Below are positions 14,394-22,735 of a stretch of 32,000 bases of DNA, piece by piece. The DNA comes from Delftia acidovorans NBRC 14950 (lineage in GTDB: Bacteria; Pseudomonadota; Gammaproteobacteria; Burkholderiales; Burkholderiaceae_C): NCBI RefSeq assembly GCF_001598795.1, contig NZ_BCZP01000007.1, forward strand, positions 180,001-212,000, in the 5' to 3' direction. A program made the translations under genes and the position numbers. Every line of letters begins with the position of its first letter. The stretch's first letter is position 1. The notes beneath the pieces are model-generated. The model ran no database searches and was not told the origin of the DNA. It saw nothing but the letters and a program-made list of their open reading frames with translations.

Positions 14394-17300
14394 CTAGTTC
14401 TGCAGCTGCTGCCAGACCTTGTCCAGCCGCTTGATGCTGACCGGGTACGGCGTGCGCAGCTCCTGGGCGAAGAAGCTCACGCGCAGCTCCTCCAGCATCC
14501 AGCGGTACTCCTGCATGCGCGCATCGATGTGGCCCTTGCGCTCGGCCACCAGGCGCCAGTAGCGCTGCTCCAGCGGGCGCAGCTCGGTCAGGCGGCTGGC
14601 GTCGCGCGCAGGGTCGGCGCGGTACTTGTCCAGCCGGCTGGTGATGGCCTTGAGGTAGCGCGCGTAGTGCTGCAGCTGGGTCCAGGGCGCGGCCGCGATG
14701 AAGTTCTTGGGCACCAGGCGCTGCAGTTGCTGGGCGGCGTCGGCCGTGGCGTCAGGCGCGTTCTTGGTGTCCTTGATCTTGCGCTGCGCCGCCGCGTACT
14801 CGACCAGGATGGTGGAGGCCATGCGCGCCACCTCGTTGGCGATCAGCGTCAGCCGGCCGCGTCCGTCCTGCACGCGCTGCTTGAACTGCGCGTCGTTGGT
14901 GGGAAGCGGCTCCTGCAGGAAGGCGCGGTCTATGGCCACGTCGATGATCTGCTCGCGCAGTTCCTCCTGCGTGCCCAGCGGCATGTAGGCGACGGCCATC
15001 TTCTGCAGGTCTGGAATGTTCTTTTCCAGGTACTTGAGCGCGTCGCGGATCTGCAGCGCGAACAGGCGGCGCAGGCCCACGCGGTGGCGTGCGGCCGCAA
15101 CCTCGGGCTCGTCGAAGACCTCGATGCCGACGGCATCGCCATGGTCGATCAGCGCCGGAAAGCCGATCAGCGTCTGCCCGCCCCGGCCGATCTCCATCAG
15201 CTCGGGCAGCTCGCCAAAGCTCCATTCCTTGTAGCGGCTGTCGGCGGGCTGGCTGGGCTTGGCATTCCTGGCAGGCGTGGCCTGGTCGGGCTTTTCCGCC
15301 TTGGCAGCGGGCGCAGGCTTCCTGCCGGCTTCGGGCGCGGTGGCAGCGGGTGCAGCAGGGGCCTCCGTGACCGACGCCACCTTCAACGCGGCCAGCGCCT
15401 GGAAGGCGCCGCGCGCCTTGGCGCCCAGTTCGGCCTTGAGCGCGCCCAGGTTGCGGCCCTGGCCCAGCTGGCGTCCATGCTCGTCCGTGATGCGGAAGTT
15501 CATGAACAGGTGCGGGCTGAGCATGTCCAGCTTGAAGTCGGCGCGCTTGACGTCCAGCGAGGTCTCGTCGCGCACCTGCTTGAGCAGGGCATCGATCAGC
15601 GATCCCTGGCCCCAGCGCTCGGGCGTGGTGAAGAGTTCGGCCAGGCGCTGGGCGCTTTCGGGCAGGGGCACGAAGCGGCTGCGCGGGCGCTGCGGCAGGC
15701 TCTTGAGCAGGGCCTGGAGCTTGTCCTTGAGCATGCCGGGCACCAGCCATTCCACGCGCTCGTCGCTGACCTGGTTGAGCACGAACAGCGGCACGGTGAC
15801 GGTGATGCCGTCGCGTGCGTCGCCGGGGCTGTGCAGGTAGCTGGCCGTGCAGTCCACGCCGCCGAGCTTGACCACCTTGGGAAAGGCCTGGGTGGTGATG
15901 CCGGCCGCCTCGTGGCGCATCAGTTCGTCGCGCGACAGGCGCAGCAGGTCGGCGTTTTCCTTGGCCGCCTCGCGGAACCAATGGTCGAAGGTGGCGCCGC
16001 TGAACACGTCCTTGGGGATCTGCTGGTCGTAGAAGGCGTAGATCAGCTCGTCATCGACCAGCACGTCCTGGCGGCGGCTCTTGTGCTCCAGCTCCTCGAC
16101 CTTGCGCACCAGCTTGAGGTTGGCGGGCAGGAAGTGCCAGCGCGTATCCCACTGGCCCTCCACCAGGGCCTGGCGGATGAAGATCTCGCGCGCGGACTGC
16201 GGATCGATGCGGCCATAGCTCATGCGCCGGCCGTTGTAGACCACCAGGCCGTAGAGCGTGGCGCGCTCCAGCGCCACCACGTCGGCCTGGTTCTTGGACC
16301 AGTGCGGATCGAGCAGCTGCTTCTTGAGCAGGTGGGCGCCGACTTCCTCCAGCCACTGCGGATCGATGGCGGCGATGCCCCGGCCGTACAGGCGCGAGGT
16401 TTCCACCAGTTCGGCCGCCACGATCCAGCGCCCGGGCTTCTTGGACAGGTGGGCGCCCGGGTGCGGGTAGAAGCGGATGCCGCGCGCGCCCAGGTAGGCG
16501 TCGCTTTCATCGCCCTTGTAGCCCAGGTTGCCCAGCAGGCCGGACAGCATGGACAGGTGCACGGCGTCGTAGCCTGCGGCCTCGGTGTTGATCTTCCACT
16601 TGTGCTCGTTGACCACGGTCAGCAGCTGCGAGTGGATGTCGCGCCATTCGCGCACGCGGCGGATGTTGATGAAGTTCTGGCGCAGCAGCTGCTCCCACTG
16701 GCGGTTGCTGAGCTTGTGCGAGGGCTCGTCATCCGTGCCGGGACCGGTGTCCTGCGGATGGAAGGCCGCCAGCGCCTCGGCCGCCGGGGCGGCCACGCTC
16801 TGCCCGCCGCTGCGCTGGGCCACGGGCAGGAAGGCGGCATTGCGCGCCGATGGCTTGGCGGCCGGGGCCTGGGCGCCGGCCATTTCCTTGCGGCTCTTGG
16901 CCACCACCTTGCCGCCGCGCGCATCCTGCAGCCATTTCCACAGGCGCAGGTAGCCGCTGAATTCGCTTTTCTCGTCGTCGAACTTGGCGTGCTGCTGGTC
17001 GGCCTGCTGCTGGGCCTCCAGCGGCCGGTCGCGCACGTCCTGCACGGACAGGGCCGAGGCAATGACCAGCACCTCGGCCACGGCGCCGCGCGTGCGCGCC
17101 TCCAAAATCATGCGGCCCACGCGCGGGTCCAGCGGCAGGCGCGACAGCTCGCGGCCCATGGGCAGCAGCTCGCCGCGCTCGTCCACGGCGCCCAGCTCGC
17201 CCAGCAATTGGTAGCCGTCGGCAATGGCGCGGCCCGAGGGCGATTCAAGGAAGGGGAAATTCACCACGTCGCCCAGGCCCAGCGACTTCATGCGCAGGAT

Positions 17301-18467
17301 GACGCCGGCAAGCGAGGAGCGCAGGATTTCAGGGTCGGTGAAGCGCGCGCGCGTGCCGAAGTCAGCCTCGTCGTACAGGCGGATGCAGATGCCGTTGGCC
17401 ACGCGGCCGCAACGGCCGGCGCGCTGGTTGGCGGCCGCCTGGCTGATGGGCTCGACCAGCAGCTGCTCGACCTTGCTGCGGAAGGAATAGCGCTTGACGC
17501 GCGCCGTGCCTGCGTCGATCACATAGCGGATGCCGGGCACGGTCAGCGAGGTCTCGGCCACGTTGGTGGCCAGCACGATGCGCCGGCCCGTGTGGCTGTC
17601 GAAGATGCGGTCCTGCTCGGCCTGCGACAGGCGCGAGAACAGCGGTAGCACCTCGGCATGGCGCAGCACGGGCTGCTGTGCCAGGTGCTTGCGCAGGTGG
17701 TCGGCCGCCTCGCGGATCTCGCGCTCGCCGGGCAGGAACACCAGGATGTCGCCGCTGACGCCGCCGGACCACAGCTCGTCCACGCCTTCGGCGATGGCAT
17801 CGTTGAGGTCGTGGTCGCGCTTTTCCTCGAAGGGGCGCCAGCGCATCTCCACGGGGTAGGTGCGGCCCGAGACCATGATCACCGGCGCAGGCCCCTTGGG
17901 GCCTTCGAAGTGCCTGGCAAATCGCTCGGCATCGATGGTGGCCGATGTCACCACCACCTTGAGGTCGGGGCGCCGGGGCAGGATCTGCTTGATGTAGCCC
18001 AGCAGGAAGTCGATGTTGAGGCTGCGCTCGTGGGCCTCGTCGATGATGAGGGTGTCGTAGGCCTTGAGCAGCGGATCGGTCTGCGTCTCGGCCAGCAGGA
18101 TGCCGTCCGTCATCAGCTTGACCGAGGCGTCCTTGGACAGCCGGTCCTGGAAGCGCACCTTGTAGCCCACCACATCGCCCAGCGGCGTGTTCAGCTCCTC
18201 GGCAATGCGCTTGGCCACCGAGCTGGCGGCAATGCGGCGCGGCTGCGTGTGGCCGATCAGGTGGCCGCGCACCTGGCCCTTGTCGTCGGGCGTGGCGTTG
18301 ACCTTGCCCCGGCCCAGCGCCAGCGCGATCTTGGGCAGCTGCGTGGTCTTGCCCGAGCCCGTCTCGCCGCACACGATGATGACCTGGTGCCGGTCCATGG
18401 CCTCCATGATTTCCTCACGGCGGGCGGATACGGGCAGGGATTCAGGGAAGCTGATCTTCAAAGGCAT
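14394..18467 (-). CDS. hrpA: ATP-dependent RNA helicase HrpA (DEAH-box)
   Basis: 1357 aa from MPLKISFPESLPVSARREEI. Contains Walker A (GETGSGKTTQLPK), the DEAH box (IIDEAHERS), TNVAETSLTVPGI and QRAGRCGR, followed by the long HrpA-specific C-terminal region. Confidence 0.95.
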   Translation of the reverse strand: MPLKISFPESLPVSARREEIMEAMDRHQVIIVCGETGSGKTTQLPKIALALGRGKVNATPDDKGQVRGHLIGHTQPRRIAASSVAKRIAEELNTPLGDVVGYKVRFQDRLSKDASVKLMTDGILLAETQTDPLLKAYDTLIIDEAHERSLNIDFLLGYIKQILPRRPDLKVVVTSATIDAERFARHFEGPKGPAPVIMVSGRTYPVEMRWRPFEEKRDHDLNDAIAEGVDELWSGGVSGDILVFLPGEREIREAADHLRKHLAQQPVLRHAEVLPLFSRLSQAEQDRIFDSHTGRRIVLATNVAETSLTVPGIRYVIDAGTARVKRYSFRSKVEQLLVEPISQAAANQRAGRCGRVANGICIRLYDEADFGTRARFTDPEILRSSLAGVILRMKSLGLGDVVNFPFLESPSGRAIADGYQLLGELGAVDERGELLPMGRELSRLPLDPRVGRMILEARTRGAVAEVLVIASALSVQDVRDRPLEAQQQADQQHAKFDDEKSEFSGYLRLWKWLQDARGGKVVAKSRKEMAGAQAPAAKPSARNAAFLPVAQRSGGQSVAAPAAEALAAFHPQDTGPGTDDEPSHKLSNRQWEQLLRQNFINIRRVREWRDIHSQLLTVVNEHKWKINTEAAGYDAVHLSMLSGLLGNLGYKGDESDAYLGARGIRFYPHPGAHLSKKPGRWIVAAELVETSRLYGRGIAAIDPQWLEEVGAHLLKKQLLDPHWSKNQADVVALERATLYGLVVYNGRRMSYGRIDPQSAREIFIRQALVEGQWDTRWHFLPANLKLVRKVEELEHKSRRQDVLVDDELIYAFYDQQIPKDVFSGATFDHWFREAAKENADLLRLSRDELMRHEAAGITTQAFPKVVKLGGVDCTASYLHSPGDARDGITVTVPLFVLNQVSDERVEWLVPGMLKDKLQALLKSLPQRPRSRFVPLPESAQRLAELFTTPERWGQGSLIDALLKQVRDETSLDVKRADFKLDMLSPHLFMNFRITDEHGRQLGQGRNLGALKAELGAKARGAFQALAALKVASVTEAPAAPAATAPEAGRKPAPAAKAEKPDQATPARNAKPSQPADSRYKEWSFGELPELMEIGRGGQTLIGFPALIDHGDAVGIEVFDEPEVAAARHRVGLRRLFALQIRDALKYLEKNIPDLQKMAVAYMPLGTQEELREQIIDVAIDRAFLQEPLPTNDAQFKQRVQDGRGRLTLIANEVARMASTILVEYAAAQRKIKDTKNAPDATADAAQQLQRLVPKNFIAAAPWTQLQHYARYLKAITSRLDKYRADPARDASRLTELRPLEQRYWRLVAERKGHIDARMQEYRWMLEELRVSFFAQELRTPYPVSIKRLDKVWQQLQN

Positions 18468-18681
18468 AAGGGGCTGGATTATCCCCGCGCCATGCCGGCG
18501 GCGCCACGCGGCTGCAGATTTCCATACGCCCGCCCTGTGCCGCCCGCATGAAAACCCCCGCATGCCAGGGCCTTCGCCAAGTCAGGCCAGCGGCATGCAT
18601 GGCATTGCGCACAATCGGCGCTCGCCTTGCCGGCCGCTCCCGGCGCTGGCCGCCTCACCCGCCTTCTTCGATCTGCTCCCC

Positions 18682-19848
18682 ATGGTTTCTCTTGCCGCCC
18701 TCGTCATCCCGCTATTGGCCCTGTGGCTGTGGTGGCCCGTCCGCATGATGCCGCGCCGCGCACGCCTGATGGCGGCCGTCGCCACGGCGGCCCTGGGCTG
18801 CACGCCCGCCCTGCTGCTGGTGCTGCTGCGCGAGGGCACGGTCGAGTACCGCACGCTGGCCTATCTGCAGGTGCCGGGCGGCTGGGTGCTGGCCCTGCTG
18901 CTGATGCTGGCCGTCTTCATCGTGCTGCGCGACGGCCTCTGGGCGCTGGCCGCCGTGGCCCGGCGCGAGGACTGGAAGCAGCGCCTGCACGCCCCGCTGC
19001 TCACGGCCGGCGCCCTGGCCCTGGCGGGCCTGCTGTCGGCCTGGGGCGTGGCCAATGCGCTGCGCCCGCCCGAGGTGCACGAACGCACGTTGCGCCTGCC
19101 CGGCCTGCCCACCGGCCTGGAAGGCCTGCGCGTGGCCGTGCTGGCCGACATCCACGCCAGCCCCATCAACAACGCGCGCTATGTGCAGACCATCGTGGAC
19201 CGCACGCTGGAGGCGCGGCCCGACCTCATCGTGCTGCCCGGCGACATGGTGGACGGCGACGTGGACAGCGGCCGCGCCAACGTCGCGCCGCTGGCGCAGC
19301 TCAAGGCACGCTACGGCGTGTGGGCGGCGCCCGGCAACCATGAGTACTACAGCGGCTACGACGCCTGGATGGCCGAATTCCGCCGCGTGGGCCTGAACCT
19401 GCTGGAAAACCGCATGCAGCTGATCGATGTGCAGGGCGCGCGCCTGGCGCTGTCGGGCATCGGCGATCCGGCCTATGGCCGCCTGTCGCGCCAGAACACC
19501 GACCCGTCCGTGGCCGAAGGCGTGCCGCCCGACATCGACACCGTGGCCCGCCAGGCCAAAGAGGCCGGTGCGCAATACCACCTGCTGCTGGCCCACCAGC
19601 CCAAGACCGCCCGTGACAACGCTGCCCACGGCGTGGGCCTGCAGCTGTCGGGCCATACGCACGGCGGCCTGATCCTGGGCATGGACCAATGGCTGGTGGC
19701 GCCTGCCAATGACGGCTTTGTGCGCGGCGAGTACGAGGTCGGCGCCATGAAGCTCTTCGTCAGCGCCGGCGCAGGCCTGTGGGCCGGCTTTGCCGTGCGC
19801 CTGGGCGTGCCGGCCAGCATCGACCTGCTGGTGCTGCGCGGCGCCTGA
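18682..19848 (+). CDS. Membrane-anchored metallophosphoesterase (YkuE-like)
   Basis: N-terminal TM helices are followed by calcineurin-like motifs: LADIH, LPGDMVDG, GNHEY and SGHTHGG. An alternative in-frame start lies at 18595. Confidence 0.85.
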   Translation: MVSLAALVIPLLALWLWWPVRMMPRRARLMAAVATAALGCTPALLLVLLREGTVEYRTLAYLQVPGGWVLALLLMLAVFIVLRDGLWALAAVARREDWKQRLHAPLLTAGALALAGLLSAWGVANALRPPEVHERTLRLPGLPTGLEGLRVAVLADIHASPINNARYVQTIVDRTLEARPDLIVLPGDMVDGDVDSGRANVAPLAQLKARYGVWAAPGNHEYYSGYDAWMAEFRRVGLNLLENRMQLIDVQGARLALSGIGDPAYGRLSRQNTDPSVAEGVPPDIDTVARQAKEAGAQYHLLLAHQPKTARDNAAHGVGLQLSGHTHGGLILGMDQWLVAPANDGFVRGEYEVGAMKLFVSAGAGLWAGFAVRLGVPASIDLLVLRGA

Positions 19849-19875
19849 TCCTGCCCCGGAGGGCAGCGCGGACGG

Positions 19876-20985
19876 CTACCGCGCGAACACCATGCACACC
19901 GGGCTGGCGCAGTGGGTGCTGGCCAGCGGGCGCCAGGCGTCATCCCGGGCATGGCAGACGATGCTGTCGCTGTCCTCGTTGAGCACATAGAGCAGGCGCC
20001 CGTCGGGCGAGGCCGTGAAAAAGCGCGGCGTGCGCCCGCCCGAGGCGAAGCCGCCACTGGCGTGCAGCAGCCCCGTCAAAGGATCGACATCGAAGACCGC
20101 AATGCCGTCAGCGCCGCGATTGGACACCAGCACCTGCCGGCCGTCGCGCGAGGCCTCGATGCCCGCCGCCCGGCTGTTGCCCACAAAGCGCTCCGGCAGG
20201 GTGGACAGGATCTGCAAGCCCTGCAGCGCGCCCGTGGCCGCGTCGAAGCGGCAGGTGAGCACGGTGTTGTCCAGTTCGTTGACCACATAGGCGCAGGCCA
20301 GCGCAGGATGGAAGGCCATATGCCGCGGGCCCGAGCCTTCGCGGCAGTCCAGCCAGGGCTGGGGCGCAGGCACCAGCCGCCCGTGCTCGAAGGCGAAGAT
20401 GAAGATCCGGTCCTGCCCCTTGTCAGGCACCAGCACGAAGCGCCCGTCCGGCGAGAAGGGGTTGAAGTGCGGCTTGGCAAACGGCTGCTCCTTGCGATGC
20501 GGCCCGGGTTGGCCCGGTAGCGCAAGCCGCTGCTGCACGGAGCCCAGGCGCCCATCCGGTGCGATCGACATCACGGCCAGCGTACCGCCTGGCCCGCCAT
20601 ACCCCCGGTGGCCGTCGCTGGCAGCCGGCTCGCCCAGATGGTCGGAGACCACCAGCTGCCGTCCGCCCGGGGCGATGGCCAGGTGCACCGGGTTGCGCCC
20701 GCCGCAGTCCCGGGTCTGCAGCAACGCCAGGCGGCCCGTTGCGGCATCGCGTGCGAAGACGCTGACCTCATGGCCATCGCCATGCACGGTGTAGAGCCGG
20801 GTGCCGGCTGCATCGAGCGCCAGGAACGAGGGGTTGGCAAGCCCGTCCACGGTCTGCAGATGCTGCAGGCCGCCCGTGGCTTCGTCCACGCGATAGACGG
20901 TGATGCCCTCGCCACGTGCGTCGCGCTCGCGCGTGGTGCGCGAACCCACGTAGGCGTACAGGGGGCGCGACGCTGAGGTGCTCAT
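19876..20985 (-). CDS. Seven-bladed beta-propeller lactonase-family protein (6-phosphogluconolactonase / carboxy-muconate-lactonising-enzyme-like)
   Basis: 369 aa. Starts MSTSASRPLYAYVGSRTT. Blade-like segments recur (LYTVHGDGHEVSVF, LVVSDHLG, VLVPDKGQDRIFIFAF, AYVVNELDNTVLTCRF, VLVSNRGADGIAVFDV, LYVLNEDSDSIVC). The start overlaps the upstream gene's stop (ATGA). Confidence 0.75.
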   Translation of the reverse strand: MSTSASRPLYAYVGSRTTRERDARGEGITVYRVDEATGGLQHLQTVDGLANPSFLALDAAGTRLYTVHGDGHEVSVFARDAATGRLALLQTRDCGGRNPVHLAIAPGGRQLVVSDHLGEPAASDGHRGYGGPGGTLAVMSIAPDGRLGSVQQRLALPGQPGPHRKEQPFAKPHFNPFSPDGRFVLVPDKGQDRIFIFAFEHGRLVPAPQPWLDCREGSGPRHMAFHPALACAYVVNELDNTVLTCRFDAATGALQGLQILSTLPERFVGNSRAAGIEASRDGRQVLVSNRGADGIAVFDVDPLTGLLHASGGFASGGRTPRFFTASPDGRLLYVLNEDSDSIVCHARDDAWRPLASTHCASPVCMVFAR

Positions 20986-21725
20986 GCCGATGCGCCCGCC
21001 AGCGGTGCGACGGCCGCGCCCTGAATGCCATGGCGCTGCAGCGCCTCGGCCACAAAACCGCAAGCCTTGGCCTCCTCCACAAAGGCCGCCAGCACGCGCA
21101 GGGCCTCATCGCCCCGCCCCTTGGGCAGGCCCATGGCCTGCTGGATCACCATGAAGCGGCCCGGCAGCAGGCGCAGGCCCGGCAGGCGTGCGGCATCGGC
21201 CTCCAATTGCTGCTTGACGCCGGCGGCCACGTCGGCCGTCGATTCCACAAAGGTCTGCACCACGGCGGGCGAGGACACGGCGCGCTCTATCTGCGCATGC
21301 TTGAGCTCGCGGCTCAGGTACAGGTCATAGGCGCTGCCCTTGCCGACCACCACGGTGTGCCCGGCCCGGTCCACCTGGGCGTTGTCGGTCAGCGGCGAAT
21401 CCTGGCGCACCAGGTAGCTGCCCTCGATCAGCACATAGGGCGCGGTAAAGCCGATGCCCGCGCCGCGCACGGGGTCCACGGCAAAGAAGCCGAAGTCGGC
21501 CTCCTCGCGCGTGACGGCATCCACCGACTTGGCGGCCGTATCGAAGACCACCAGTTCCAGCTCCAGCCCCAGCTGCTGCGCAAGGCGCCGGGCCAGGTCG
21601 ATGGACACGCCTGCGGGCTGGCCATCGGCCTGCAGCCGCGCAAGGATGGGATTGCCGGTGTTGATGGATGCGCGGATGCGGCCAAGCGGCGCGAGGGTGG
21701 ACAGCAGCTGGGAGGAAAGGTTCAT
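20982..21725 (-). CDS. Family-3 solute-binding-protein-fold protein without a signal peptide
   Basis: 247 aa. The pattern IRASINTGNPILA...GVSIDLARRLAQQLGLELELVVFDTAAKSVDAVTREEADFGFFAVDP...TAPYV is the SBP_bac_3 pattern. The N-terminus MNLSSQLLSTLAPLGRIRA has no hydrophobic leader. Confidence 0.7.
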   Translation of the reverse strand: MNLSSQLLSTLAPLGRIRASINTGNPILARLQADGQPAGVSIDLARRLAQQLGLELELVVFDTAAKSVDAVTREEADFGFFAVDPVRGAGIGFTAPYVLIEGSYLVRQDSPLTDNAQVDRAGHTVVVGKGSAYDLYLSRELKHAQIERAVSSPAVVQTFVESTADVAAGVKQQLEADAARLPGLRLLPGRFMVIQQAMGLPKGRGDEALRVLAAFVEEAKACGFVAEALQRHGIQGAAVAPLAGASA

Positions 21726-21744
21726 GGATGGCTCGCTTCAAGGG

Positions 21745-22710
21745 TCAACGGGATGCCCGCCGGGGCGTGGAAGAGGTACGCGAAGGGGTACGCGAAGGTT
21801 CTGGGGACGCTGCGCCGGGACCGAGGAGATCGCTGATGCTGGCCAGGTTGCGCAAGGTGCTCGCCAGGTGCTCGCGCATGGCGAGGGAGGCTTCTTCGTT
21901 GCGCTCGCGCCCCAGCAGTTCCAGGATGTTCAGATGCTGCTCGCAGTGCTCGCGGTAGCGCGCCCGGTCCTGCATGGAGCGGTAGGACAGCAGGCGCCGC
22001 ACGCGGTTGACGCGACGAATGGTGTCGATGAAGAACACGTTGCCCGAGGCCTCGACCAGGGACTCGTGGAAGTTCACCCCCCGGTCGTGGATGCGGTCGG
22101 CCGGGTCGGTGGCGATGCCGCCTTCCAGCAAGTGGATTTCGGCCGCGCGGCAGCGTTGCAGCACGGCGCGGTCCAGCCGGTAGCCGGGCTCCAGCAGCGC
22201 GGCCGGCTCCAGCGCCATACGCAGGCGGTAGGACTGCAACAGGCTGTCGGGCGTGGTCAGCATGGCCGCAAAGGTCCAGCCGTAGCCGGGCTTGCGCTCG
22301 ATCCAGCCCTCCTGCGAGATGCGGTTGAGCACGGCCGCCAGTTGGGCCTTGCTCAGGCCGTAGCGCGTGCGCAGCGCGGCCTCGGTGACGGATTCGGGCA
22401 GGCTGGCGCGCAGCCGGTCCTCGGCGATGCGAAAGTAGATGGCCTCGGTCAGGTCCTGGTCGCCGACCGCCGCCTCAGCCAGCAGTTCGGCCGAAATCCG
22501 GTCATGCGGCAGGGCCAGGAAAAACCCCCGGTTGCGCTCGCGCCGCACCACGCCCTGCTCCTGCAGCTGCTGCAAGGCCTCGTTGACGGGCTGGCGGGAG
22601 ACGCGCAGCCGGTCGGCCAGGCCCTGGGCAGCCAGGTGGGTTCCGCTGTCCCATTGCTCGGAACGGGCCAGTGCCAGGATTTGCGAGCACAGCTGGGTGG
22701 AGGTCTTCAT
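21745..22710 (-). CDS. GntR-family regulator with two tandem winged-HTH modules and an FCD-type ligand domain
   Basis: Start at MKTSTQL (22710). wHTH 1 is HLAAQGLADRLRVSRQPVNEALQQLQEQGVVRRERNRGFFLA. wHTH 2 is TEAALRTRYGLSKAQLAAVLNRISQEGWIERKPGYGWTFA. A helical FCD-like C-terminal domain follows, then a Ser/Thr/Pro/Arg-rich tail. Confidence 0.85.
   Translation of the reverse strand: MKTSTQLCSQILALARSEQWDSGTHLAAQGLADRLRVSRQPVNEALQQLQEQGVVRRERNRGFFLALPHDRISAELLAEAAVGDQDLTEAIYFRIAEDRLRASLPESVTEAALRTRYGLSKAQLAAVLNRISQEGWIERKPGYGWTFAAMLTTPDSLLQSYRLRMALEPAALLEPGYRLDRAVLQRCRAAEIHLLEGGIATDPADRIHDRGVNFHESLVEASGNVFFIDTIRRVNRVRRLLSYRSMQDRARYREHCEQHLNILELLGRERNEEASLAMREHLASTLRNLASISDLLGPGAASPEPSRTPSRTSSTPRRASR
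21775..21798. repeat. In-frame 12-bp tandem duplication GGTACGCGAAGG x2, encoding PSRT-PSRT in the GntR tail
   Basis: Read directly. On the minus strand it reads CCTTCGCGTACC twice. Confidence 0.8.
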
Positions 22711-22735
22711 GCCCCCATTGTCATGCCATGCCACA

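Noticed and set aside
14529-17648. 1039-aa ORF on the + strand opposite hrpA. Similar long antisense ORFs lie at 3692..5770, 9781..11301, 23012..25357, 7830..9401, 6022..7227 and 26151..27356.
   Set aside because: These are Ala/Gly/Arg/Leu-rich low-information translations with no recognisable motifs. Each lies exactly antisense to a gene with strong family signatures. Such shadow ORFs are typical of GC-rich DNA, where stop codons are rare.
18595-18681. Longer start (MHGIAHNRRSPCRPLPALAASPAFFDLLP) for the metallophosphoesterase.
   Set aside because: The extension is not hydrophobic or conserved-looking, whereas MVSLAALVIPLLALWLWW begins directly with the expected first TM helix. It is kept as an alternative in the feature evidence.
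19849-19875. Short dyad CTGCCC-CGGA-GGGCAG between the convergent phosphoesterase and lactonase genes, considered as a bidirectional terminator. Similar GC palindromes lie at 26454-26466 and 8208-8236.
   Set aside because: The stems are only 6-7 bp without flanking T/A runs, which is too weak to call in GC-rich DNA, where such palindromes arise by chance.
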